The notes under the pieces were generated by a model. It ran no database searches. It saw only the letters and a program-made list of their open reading frames with translations, and was not told where the DNA came from. Both the position numbers and the translations under genes were made by a program. DNA of 49,223 nucleotides, taken from assembly GCA_000165425.1 (NCBI GenBank), contig CT868174.1, positions 496,001 to 545,223 of the forward strand, written 5' to 3'. Shown here one piece after another: positions 38,061-49,223 of the stretch. The stretch comes from Paramecium tetraurelia. Taxonomy: Eukaryota. Every line of letters begins with the position of its first letter. Position 1 is the stretch's first letter.

Positions 38061-40023
38061 TCATGTAGGAACATAGGATCTCATAATTTTAGAATTCGTC
38101 CCTTAAACTATTGAACGCCCTTATTAATTCACTTTCTCTTTCAATTCATAATTTTCAACTTCAATCAGGTTTGCCTTCTTTCTTAATTATTCATTTTATT
38201 GTTTTAATTCATTCGTCAATTAATTAATGTTTTTATTCTAAATTGATGTTGAATAATTACTTGTAACTCTAGTTATTCCTTATCCATTCTCAAACCTTGT
38301 ATTTTATCTTCATAATGTTGTTCTCTTCTAACAATAGATTCTTCTAATTCCTAATTCTTCTATTTCAAATTGCTGTTCTCATGTTCCAATCTATATTTTT
38401 CAACCTTGTTATTTTATTCATAATCTTCCTTCTCTTATTTTAATCTATGATTTTCTTTCTATAATTTTTCATTCATTTATTCTTTTTGATTTGAACTTTA
38501 TTCCAACTCTTCAATTTTCTAACATAGATTTATAATTTACACTCTCTAGATTATCGATCAGTTATTTATGCTTAATCCTTAAGGTTTCTATTACATTGTC
38601 TTTATCTTTTTTCAAAGATTCAACTTGAGTTTTATGTGATTCAGCCATTTGATCAATTTATTATTATTACTATCTATTTATAGAATTTAGATTATCTATT
38701 TCTTGAATAAGTTTGCCTTCTTTGTCAGCTCTTTGCTGGGATAATTTGATACTATTATTTAAATGAAAAATACTGTTCATTTTCTCGTTTTTACTAAAGG
38801 TCAATTTTTCTTTTGAGATCATCTATTAACAATTATTTTGATTTGCTTTCATTTTCTTCTTCATGAAGTCTTTATTAAAAGTTTTTAGTATCAAAAGAAA
38901 ATTAATCTCTCTCTTTGTTTATTGAAATATTTTCTGCTTACAATTCCTTAATCTTTCTTGACTTATCAGAAATTTCTTATTTTAAATTTTCTGCTTCAAA
39001 TTCATAATCCTTCTTCTAACTCTCTGAATCATTTACTAAAGCCTAATATCTTTTCTCTAATTCGTCATATTATAATATTAATTTCATATTATCCTATTCA
39101 AATTTCACATTTTTATTTTTCACCTCCCTTATCTTACTATCTGCATCCTTATTTGAACTTAACAAATCTTCATATTTTCTTTAATATTCTTATCTCAAAT
39201 CCCTAATCTCGCTAATTTCAATTGATAATTTTTCATTTTTTAATTGATGCTCCTTTAATTGTTTTTTATACAAATCACAATCTCTTTACAATTCTTTAAC
39301 TTTTCCAAGAACTTCTTTGTAATTCTTCAATAATGTATGGTTTTCTTATGTCAAATCTTTCACTTTCTCAGCCCAATCATCTTTCTGTAAGCGTTCTTAC
39401 TTTTAAATAGAAATATTTACTGTATAAATTAGCCATCTAGTCTTATATTGTTCCATTTTAAAATATATTTAAAATAATTTCACATTTTTTTTCCAATTAT
39501 TCCCTAAGTGACTAATTTTCTTCAACAAATTGCTTTGATAATTGTTCTAATTAACTGATATCTTATTTGTATATTTCAATCTATTTAATTATAAAACTTA
39601 TTTAAATTACAATATGCTTTTATTCAGCTATTTACTCATCGTAGCCATCTAATAAAGGTTGTAATTTTTTCCAAGTAAACTCTGTTCTTAGATGGGATGC
39701 TTCTTATTTTGATTCATTTTCATCATCATCTGTGCTGGTGTATGATCCAAATCTGTTAATATATTATTAAATTTCTCTTAGAGCCTTTTCAACTAATTAT
39801 TTTAATATCCATTATTTTTACGTAATCTCTAATACATAGTACTGTTTTCTTTCTCTCTCTCGAGCTCCGTTTTCATCTCCTGAAGATTTTTAGTTTTATT
39901 AACAATCTCATGCTAATTTTTCTATTAGAATGATTATTAGATGCCTAGTGCACCTTGGTTCGGTCCAAACTGTGATTGAGCTAATGATATGTGGATGAAA
40001 GCATTACTATTAAATCTCGACAT
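38061..40023 (-). CDS. Long coiled-coil protein (Q/E/K-rich), function unknown
   Basis: ATG 40023; heptad-like Q/E/K composition; ends SKIMRSYVPT-stop at 38063-38061. Intron structure not fully resolved. Confidence 0.65.
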
Positions 40024-40071
40024 TAACTTTCAAATTTTATTTTGAAATAATTATATAAATTTTATCATTAA

Positions 40072-41704
40072 ATGCATATTGAACATAAATCAAATAAGAT
40101 TATCAACGAATTCATAAAACAATTTCCTGATGAATAAAGGAACAGCGTAATGAATTTTCTGTTAATTCTTGGATTCGACATTGCTAGAAAACTGGGATAA
40201 AACAATCAGGCTGAACTCTATTCAACGATGAAATAGTTATCAAGTATAAAATTTGATTCACCATTTTTTGTAGAATTTATCATTAATGATTACACCTAGA
40301 ATGGCTAAAGTGAGTTGCGAGAAGAGATTAAAAAAATTTAGCAATAATTGGTTCAACTAAACTCATTGTTCAATAATAGTGAGAACGAGTAGATGTAATC
40401 GAAGAGCTAGGATATCTACCGAAATCAACCTTAAAATAGACCTTAATATAGTCATAACAGATTTTATACACAGAACGATATGGAGGATTAAATAAATGCA
40501 AGAATGAGAGAAGAACAATAACTTAGTACAAATTCAAAAAATTAATTCAAACCTGCCAAAAGAAACAATAAACATAAATCACCATTGTAACAAAATAATA
40601 ATAATTTAACTGCCAAAATAACTGAATCTCCACCTCCTCCGATGATTTTTTAAAAAACTGTAAGCAGCAAATTCAATATTAAACCACACTTAGATGATCA
40701 TCAAATGTAATTTAAAAATTTTACTGTTTTAGAAAATAATTGCTTTACTCTGAAAATGAAAAAATATATTAAGAAGATTTTGATTCAGTTTCAAATAGAG
40801 GTCATCATTACAATCCATCTCCAAAATCTATTAAATACACATTAAATATTTAGAACCTTGGTATTGTTTTGAATTATAATAGACAACATCGGATAAAGAT
40901 TTTAAACCCATGAAACAAATAAAAAGAATAAACCTTAATAAACTTCGAATAGCAGCAGATAAAAAAAGAAAGTGCCTGCATATTTATAGAATGTTGAATC
41001 CAAAATTAAACCAAAATTAGATTAGGATAAATAGGCATTTAAAAATTAAAAAAGTACTTCTTTCAAATAATTTAAGATTATGATGGCGATGAAAATCAAT
41101 ATTATAACGACTAGATCTCTTCATCATAAAAAATGACTGCTAATTTTTAAAATAATAAAAATTTTATTCGTCCTAGTTAGGAATCAGATACTTATTATGA
41201 AATACAGCAATACTTGATTAATTAATAGCACTAAAATGTTCATCTTTCTCCAGTTTAAGAAATGAAAACAGGCAATGAGATCAATTATAACAAAAAAAAA
41301 ACTTAGAACTTTAGGGATAATACAAAAAGTTCATTGAAAAGCTCAAATGATGCAAACAATCTTCGGTAGCATCAGCAATAAAACTTTTTTGAATAACATG
41401 AAAGCCTACCTTATGCAAATTCAATTACTCCAATTTAGGTATCCGATTTTTAAACGAGTAAATAATAATCAGATTTAAGCTTTGATGCATTTAGAAAAAA
41501 AGCCTAATTCATTTCTCCATATGTAAAATACAAAAATAATTTTAGGCAATATCTTTACAGCAAAGTTCTTAGCCAATTCAAACAGCTTAAAAACTCTAAA
41601 GGAATGATGAAGAAAGTAGTGAAAGTTTTTCTAATTTTACACCACCAAACAAGGAAGTTAGAGAATTTTTATCTAAACAGTGCATTTATTAAGACTAAGA
41701 TTGA
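40072..41704 (+). CDS. Hypothetical protein, mostly low-complexity
   Basis: ATG 40072; several GTA..TAG introns (for example ~40223-40273 region and ~40707-40732); TGA 41702-41704. Confidence 0.6.
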
Positions 41705-41730
41705 GATTTAATTTACCTTTAGTTTTATTT

Positions 41731-42272
41731 ATGTTCAAAATATTTAGACTGCTTGAGACACTAGGCCGATTCTTTAAGAAACCACCAGCGGGGACAGGTA
41801 GGCGAATTGCTATGTCTCCATTCTTTAAGAATATTCTAACTGAAGACGAAGAAGAGAACTTCAAAAGATAGGAGATATTTTATGATCCACATGCGTAATA
41901 TATCAACATAATTGAAGATTTTATTTGAGACAACAGAAAATATAGTCTTACTAAGATGAACTAATGCAGAAAAATCATTCAAGGCATAACGAAAGCGGTT
42001 TATCTGAATTAGGTATTTTTGATCTCATAAATGTAGTGATTACAGCCAAAATGCCTTAAAGAAATCAGTTGTCAAACACTGGCGATTATATAATTCACAA
42101 TTAAGATAGCTTTCTTCATTCAATTCAACTTGGTAGAAAGGGAGCTGATAATCATTTTTTTAGCTTAGATGACGTTGAATCAATTTATAGCTCCTTTGAA
42201 TAGGATATTAATTTTGATATGTAATACTTTTAAAATATTTATAGAGAGGACAGCTTAGTATACCAGCATTGA
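41731..42272 (+). CDS. Small hypothetical protein (about 160 aa)
   Basis: ATG 41731 MFKIFRLLETLGRFF; introns ~41895-41917 and ~42221-42244 restore a frame ending TGA 42270-42272. Confidence 0.55.
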
Positions 42273-42329
42273 AATATTCTCAGTTATTTAATAATATAAA
42301 TTACATAATTCTTTAATCAACATTTTTGA

Positions 42330-44006
42330 ATGAGAAAAAACAATCGTTAAAGAATTGACAATGATTCATCTATTAGAACAAGAACTAGGTAGAAATCTAT
42401 AAATCAGAATGAGGAGAAAAAAAGAAAATAAATAGATGAAGAGTTTGAGAAACAAAAATATCAAGCAAAATTATAAGTTCAAAATTTACTTTTGGATGAA
42501 AATAGTTGCAGCAAAGCTGATCTAAAAAAAGAGATCGTTAAAGGAAGAGTAGCAGTTGATGAATGTTTTATTTACAAGGCTGACTACCATGTTTACTAGA
42601 TCAATAATAAAATTTATGATTCTCTATTGAACCAAACCAATATTGTCTAGGGCAATAACAATAACAAATTTTACATAGCATAAATCCTAGAAAGTGATAA
42701 TTAGCCTTGTAAAATTCTGTATTTATTTTAGTTAAGTACTATTTTTTCACAAGATGGGGAAGGGTAGGTTAAAAAGGGTAACATGCAGCAAAATAATTAT
42801 CTCTCTAGTCCTGTATTGATGAATATGAAAATAAAATTTATGAAAAAACTATTACAGGCGATTATAAAATTTTAGAGAAATTTCTCATTAATTAAAATTC
42901 TGAGCTATCTAATGACTTGGCACATTATGAAAAATCAAAGTTATAAAAAGAAATTAAAGATTTACTTTAACTTATATACGATGTTAAAATGATGGATAAA
43001 CAAATGATGGAGTATATAATATTATACTAATTTTAGGATTGGTTATGATTCCTCAAGAATGCCATTGGGAAAGTTAGGTAATGAAACCATAAAAAAAGGA
43101 TATAGTATATTAAAAAAGATTGCAGAAGCAATAAATGAAACCAAATTAACGAAACAAAAAAAAAAGTGTTTATTAGAGGGTTTGTCATCTGAATTTTATT
43201 CTTATATTCCTCATAACAATGGCTACTCAAAATTAAAATCCTTAGACACTAATTAAGACATAAAAGAAAAATTAGAAATGTTGGCATCTTTAGAGGCAAT
43301 AGAAATAGCAACAAGTTTGATCTTAAATGAAAGTGGAAATCTTTTTGACAATTACTACTTAAAGTTAAATTCAGCAATTAATTTGATTGTTTCAGATTCT
43401 GAAGAATATGAGTTAATTCAAAAGTATGTTGATAATACTCATGGAAGTACTCATTCTACTTACAATCTCAAAATTTTAGAAATATTTAAGATTAAGAGGA
43501 AAGGAGAAAAGGATAAATTTAAGAATGTGGGCAATAGGATGTTATTATGGCATGGTTCAAGATTAACAAATTTTGTAGGCATTATAAGTCAAGGTTTAAG
43601 AATTGCCCCTCTTGAAGCACCATGTACTGGATATATGTTTGGAAAAGGTGTTTACTTTGCAGATTCTGTTTCTAAATCAGCAAATTATTGTTGTACATCT
43701 CCTTCAAATCCTGTTGGATTAATTTTATTATGTGATGTTGCTCTAGGAAAGTGGTAGGAAAGAACTTAAGCTGATTACGAAGCAAGCAATTTAGAACCTA
43801 ACTGTTATAGTACAAAAGGAATTGGAAAAATGGCACCGGAGTTAACTGTTTCATTTTAAGATTTGAAAGTTCCAATAGGAAAACTAGAGGATCAGCAAAT
43901 CAAGAGCGATTTGATGTATAATGAATACATAGTTTATAATGTGGACTAAGTTAGGATAAAATATTTGGTTAAATTGGAATTTTTATATAAATAAAAAATG
44001 AAATGA
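42330..44006 (+). CDS. Poly(ADP-ribose) polymerase, PARP2-type (WGR + regulatory + catalytic domains)
   Basis: NNNKFY..RWGRVG (WGR), MPLGKL, FYSYIPH, LWHGSR, GYMFGKGVYFAD and YNEYIVY (H-Y-E triad); TGA 44004-44006. Confidence 0.93.
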
Positions 44007-44049
44007 TTCTTATATCTCATTTTATTTTTATATATTCTAAAATCAAAAA

Positions 44050-45400
44050 AATGTTTGTGAATCATAATATTTCTACATAAATTTGAATTATTCAGCCGAT
44101 TCCTTATTAAGCTGAGAAGTTATTTTACCTATCCAAAAATAAGTTCTGATATATATTTAAATTCTAATTTAAAATCAAAGTCTCTTTAATATATAAATTC
44201 CACAGATAGATCATTTAAATTAAAAATATCAGTGAGTCTCTGAATGATTTCTTAATTAATTTCACACTTTTTAAAGTGCCACGCTTTCATTCAATGACAA
44301 CAAGAATTTTTATTTAATTTAAAATAAATCAATAATTAGAATTAATCTAAAAATCAATTCTACACAGAAATAATAGTTAATTCACCTACATAAGGAGATT
44401 ATGATCATCATAAATATAAATGATTATTATTAGCACATATATATTAGGTCATCATCGATAGTAAAATAGTGAAATAAGAAGGTTTTTCTCAAACACCCTA
44501 AGCCGATTATGAGGCGGCCAAGTCATTGAAAAAGTAAATTTTGTAACTGAACATTCAAGTCGTCATTTATTATGAAAAAGTCAGAATCCTCTTGAATGAT
44601 AAAGATTTTATTTGAGTGAATCTAACTTGCCACAGTAATCTTATACTATGTCGATGATGAGGAAATCAAGTGTTTCACATATGAAAGTAATAGCCGAATA
44701 AATTACACATTAAAATCTGACTACTACCAAGTAGAAGTCAAACTGATCATAGATTTCAGTGATTTTAGTAGGTGGATGATACTAAAAATATCTATCATTT
44801 GTAATAATGGTGTGAGAAGTTATGTTTATTGCAATCTATTGCCTATCATTAGGAAGTAGGTGTTATCAACGCTATATCCAATGACTATAATGAGATTGTC
44901 AGTAGAATCATGGAGAGTAATAATTATTATAATCTATTGTGCTTGTTGCTTATAATAAGATCTGACTCATTAGGAACGTAAATAATCCTAATTAGAAACA
45001 CATTTCAATCTTTTATATATGACGATGAAATCGTGATACGTTTATACGTTAGATACAATCCTATAGCTATGATGAGGAATTTATCATAAATTCAACGATT
45101 AAATGAGTTGATAACACTAATATTATACTATTATCTACGATGAAAAGATAGGCTCATCATCATAGATTGTAGAGAGGTGATTATGCTTAATACAATCATA
45201 CAACTATGATATGAATATTAACTCATAAGATGGAAGATGAACGATTAACATATAATTGAAACTTGGGACTTAAATTTAAGGAATATTTTGAAATTATTGA
45301 GGGAAAATGAAGGAAGACAGAGCTATCAACATAAAGAGACGAATAGAACAATCGATAACAGAGTTAAATAAAAATCAAATAGAATGAGTATTCATTAAGA
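44050..45400 (+). pseudogene. Decayed coding-like region of unknown origin
   Basis: Several 50-100 codon open stretches in shifting frames with coding-like composition, broken by TGA and not joinable by canonical introns. Confidence 0.3.
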
Positions 45401-45965
45401 AACCAATAAACATAGATCCTTAATTTATAATTTGTGATTCCAAGAGTGGCATTTTGTAACACTTATAAAAATAGTAATTAATAAAGTAAAACATAATATC
45501 TGAACTATCCATTACGTATTTTGTTGTTATGTCCTTATAAAATATATATAGGTCCAGTTTCATAACAAAAAAAAATGGAACTTCATCAAAATAATTTAAT
45601 TGCTTTCTTAAAATTCTTACAAGATTAATGTCCTTTGACTAAACTTATTGATAATGCGTTATCTTTTTCACAAATTATAATATTGAGTGTAGATATATAG
45701 AATGGAAAACTAAACATACTAAAAACTGATTTAGTTATTAGAATCATCAACTATCAAATTTTTGCTCTATAATTTTTCAATCATATATCACTAAGACGCC
45801 ACTTAACTTTAATATTCTGATTTTTTGAAATAAATTTAATGAGAGAATTTTAGAAATGGTATTAATATAACCCAGACATAGTATGAGAGGTAGTTATTTT
45901 TGTTATAAAACACAAAAATAGTAAATAAATTAACATTAGATATTTCTAATAGAGCATTTTAATAT

Positions 45966-48462
45966 TCATTTTTGTTACTATTCTTTTGAGGAATCCAAAA
46001 TCAAACTGCCTTTTGATTTGAATAATTATCTTAAATTTTATGCCTAAATAATTACTAAATTCTCCTTTCATGATGAGAGCTCTTTATATTTATAAATTTT
46101 GATTTTAAGATGTTAGTAGAATAGAAATAACTGAGTTAGCATTATCTTGAAAATCCAAAGAAAAATGGGGGGGTTTAAGTTACATCAGAATTTCTTTTTA
46201 ACAATTTTGGAAGATAAGATTTGTGGTTCTGTTTTTATATCCCATAACCGAAATAGACATATCCTCACTTCCAGATATTAATCTATTACCTTGAGGAGTG
46301 AAACAGACAGAATAAACCCAATCATCATGACCATCTAATATGGCTATTTATAACCTTGTCTTAACATCCCATAAACGAATAGAATGATCCCAACTACCAG
46401 ATGCTAATGTAGTACCATCAGGAAAGAAACAAACCGATAAAATTCAATTACTATGACCATTTAAGTTTGCTTTTTATTATCCAGTCTCAACATTCCATAA
46501 ACGGATTGACTTATCATCACAACCCGAGGCTAATGTAGAACCATCAGGAGAGAAACAAACAGATTAAACATAGCTTGTATGACCATTTAATATTGCTTAT
46601 TATTCTCCTTTTTTAACATCCCATAAACGAATGGACATATTTGAACTACAAGAGGCCAATGTAGTACCATCAGGAGAGAAACAAACAGCAAGAATTCCAG
46701 TAGTATGACCAACGTATTTGTTTTTTAATTATCCTGTCTAAACATCCCAAAATAGGATAGACTTGTCCAAACTACCAGATGCCAATGTATGGCCATCATG
46801 AGAGAAATATACTGATAAAATTCCACTAGTATGACCAAGTAATTTGCGTTTTAATTATCCTGTTTTAATATCCCAAATACAGATTGACTTATCATCACTA
46901 CCAGAAGCTAATGTACTACCATCAGGAGAGAAACGGACAGATTAAACATAACTTGTATGACCATCTAGCATAGCTTTTTCTTATCTAGTCTTAACATCCC
47001 ATAAACGGATCGACTTATCCCAACTACCTGATGCTAATGTAGTACCATCAGGAGAGGAACAGACTGATAGAATTCCATTAATATGTTCATCTAATTTGGC
47101 TTTTAATTATTCTGTCTTAACATCCCATAAATGGATAGACTCATCACAACTACCAGATGCTAATGTATTACCATCAGGTGAGAAATTGACTGAATAAACC
47201 CTTCCTAAATGACCATCTAGTTTGGCTATTTATTACCCTGTATTCACATCCCAGAAACAGATAAAGTCATCATCACTACCAGTTGCTAAAGTAGTACCAT
47301 CAGGAGAGAAACTGACTGAATAAACACTTCCTAACTAACATTCTATTTTTGTTTTTAATTACCCTGTCTTAAAATCCCATAAATTGATAAAGTTATAACT
47401 ACCAGATGCTAAAGTAGTACCATCATGAGAGAAATTGACTGAATAAACACTTCCTGAATGACCATCTAATTTGGCTTTTTATTATCCTGTCTTCATGTCC
47501 CATAAACTGATGGATTCATCTTAACTACCAGATGCTAATGTAGAACCATCAGGGGAGAAACAAATTGAATTAACTTTCTTTGAATAACCATCTAATTTTG
47601 ATATCTACTTTCCTGATTTAAGATTCCATAAATAGATAAATTATCTGCTACTGAAAGCTAAAGTAGAATTCTTAGGTGAGAAGCATTATGATTTTACCTC
47701 CGCGTCTCCTTTAATTATAGACTTTATTTTTCCTGTTCTTAAATCCCAAATAATAATAGAATTATCACAAGAAGCAAAGAACTTACTATCTTTAGAAAAG
47801 CAAACTTAATTGACACATCTACTATGAACGTTTAACTTATTTAACTCATCTATTTTTATATTCTTCCAGTTGCAATTAAACAATTTGGCTCCATTCAAAT
47901 TAATTCCACAGATATTTACATTATCAAAATCAGATCCGCTTAAGTTACATCTTACTAAATTTGCTCCTATTAAGGAAGTATTTTTAATTCTAATATTCTC
48001 AAATTATTATTTACTCAAATCAACTTTCATTTAAATTAATAGATGAAGAGAATTTGATCCAGACTATATATATCTCTCATCTAATGCAGTAAGATGAACT
48101 AAGAAATTTAGAAATTTGATAATTTTCTCATTCCATGATATTTTTATGATCAAAGCTTTTTTAATTTTTTCATATTCTTTTAATGCATAATTATATTCAT
48201 TAAATTCATGATCCTTAATTTTTTTGAGAACATATGTCATTCTGACCATCTATTCCTTATCAAATAGTGATTAATTTACTACCTATAATATTTCTTATTC
48301 AACTTTCCTTATATTTAGATCATTTGAGAAAATTTCTCGATTGTCTTAAATTTTATCTCTTTTATATATTTTTAAAAGGATTGAGAAAACAACTTCGTCA
48401 ATATCTTTAGATAAAGCCAAAACCTCATACAAATCTCCAGCCTTATCATTTTAGCAATTCAT
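45966..48462 (-). pseudogene. Paramecium-type pentapeptide + WD40 (126-bp repeat) gene, truncated or disrupted at its 3' end
   Basis: ATG 48462; pentapeptide region NTSLIGANLVRCNLSGSDFDNVNI; 13 WD40 units (GH...V.SV.FSPDG.TLASGS.D.SI.LWD); TGA at 46446-46444 in unit 12 and frameshifts downstream. Confidence 0.85.
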
Positions 48463-48506
48463 TTTTATTTAAATACTATATTTCTATTAATTTAATTTAA
48501 AGTCTT

Positions 48507-48626
48507 CTATGTGAGTACCCCCCCCCCCCCCGGATTTGTGAATCAAAAAACTATGTAGGTACCACCCCTGGATTTGTGAATCAAAAACTATGTAGATACC
48601 ACCCCCCTGATTTGTGAATTTAAAAA
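48507..48626. repeat. Three tandem ~37-44 bp repeats with a variable poly-C core
   Basis: ctatgtgagtac(c)nggatttgtgaatcaaaaaa / ctatgtaggtaccacccctggatttgtgaatcaaaaa / ctatgtagataccacccccctgatttgtgaatttaaaaa. Confidence 0.9.
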
Positions 48627-48800
48627 TTTCCAAAATTTACCATTTTTAGGAGGTAAAAGTTGAGAAAACAATTTTTGATAGTCAAAAATGGAAAAAAAAT
48701 ATAAGGTGTTAAAATATTTTCTCTCTATTCCTTTATTGATAATATTGCATTTCTTTGACAATAAGAACAAATTCTCATTAGTCTAATATTATTAATATTG

Positions 48801-49092
48801 AAATTCTAAAACTACAGTTTGAGAAAAATCTTTTCTCGCCATTTAATATTACAATTCTAAAATTGCAGTTCGAGGAACATATCCCGATTCTAATTTAATG
48901 ATAAAGTTTTTCGCGATTATTAGACTGTTAATAATGGCATTCTACATATTTGAGGACAATTATTTTTAATTAAGAATATCAAATTAATGTTGTAAATGTA
49001 GCAATTCTAAAATTACTACTTGAGTGAAATTATTTCAAATATATAATATTAAATTAAATTTGTCAATGTAGCAATTCTAAAGCTAGCTTGCG
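48801..49092. repeat. Degenerate dispersed repeat (caattctaaa...tgag), including a 70-bp tandem duplication
   Basis: Motif at ~48802, 48852, 49002 and 49072; aatgtagcaattctaa recurs at 48995 and 49065. Confidence 0.6.
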
Positions 49093-49223
49093 TATAAAAT
49101 TAACTCTCTCAATAATCGTTGTAAATATTGATACACGATCTATAATTCAATGGTATTTATTAGAAATTTATTTAAAGCTTTAGCTCTAATCGATTCTGCA
49201 TTACAATAAGGATTGAAGCGTGC

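Noticed and set aside
1..44006. Retained IESs, tRNA/rRNA genes or telomeric repeats
   Set aside because: Interruptions are GT..AG introns or 1-2 nt frame breaks, not TA-bounded inserts. No RNA-gene or telomere-repeat pattern was recognised by eye.
36168..46446. In-frame TGAs as selenocysteine codons
   Set aside because: They lie at a hydrophobic TM position and a Gly position of a WD40 unit, not redox Cys sites, and I saw no SECIS-like element.
48507..48626. Possible CRISPR array
   Set aside because: Units are directly adjacent with no unique spacers, no cas genes are present, and the context is eukaryotic.
1..49223. Many short ORFs in the supplied track and abundant in-frame TAA/TAG
   Set aside because: Artefact of the standard code. 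TAA/TAG fall at Gln-compatible positions inside conserved domains (code 6), so these are not pseudogenes or small proteins.

Overview
Eukaryotic, very AT-rich and gene-dense DNA from a ciliate macronuclear genome, most likely Paramecium. It uses genetic code 6 (TAA/TAG = Gln, TGA the only stop), has 20-31 nt GT..AG introns, and has intergenic gaps often under 50 bp. The supplied standard-code ORF track is therefore mostly fragments or antisense artefacts; all genes below were re-read by hand in code 6. Contents in order: 3' end of a rhodanese-domain gene; three tandem membrane-bound hybrid histidine kinases whose stop and start codons overlap (ATGA); an ankyrin-TPR gene; three OSCA/TMEM63-like channel paralogs; a 2-TM protein with an ENaC/DEG-like TM2; a degenerate rhomboid; a Ser/Thr kinase; a MORN protein; a METTL21-like methyltransferase; peroxisomal HACL1; a ~3000-aa Cys-rich/beta-helix/multi-TM surface protein; an MFSD1-like transporter with an early in-frame TGA; a FAIM-like/endocytic-motif protein; coiled-coil and hypothetical genes; and a WGR-PARP. 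The window ends in a decayed, possibly subtelomeric zone with a disrupted pentapeptide-WD40 gene and short tandem repeats. The most striking item is the histidine kinase triad with two ATGA overlaps and two frame breaks not explained by a canonical intron.
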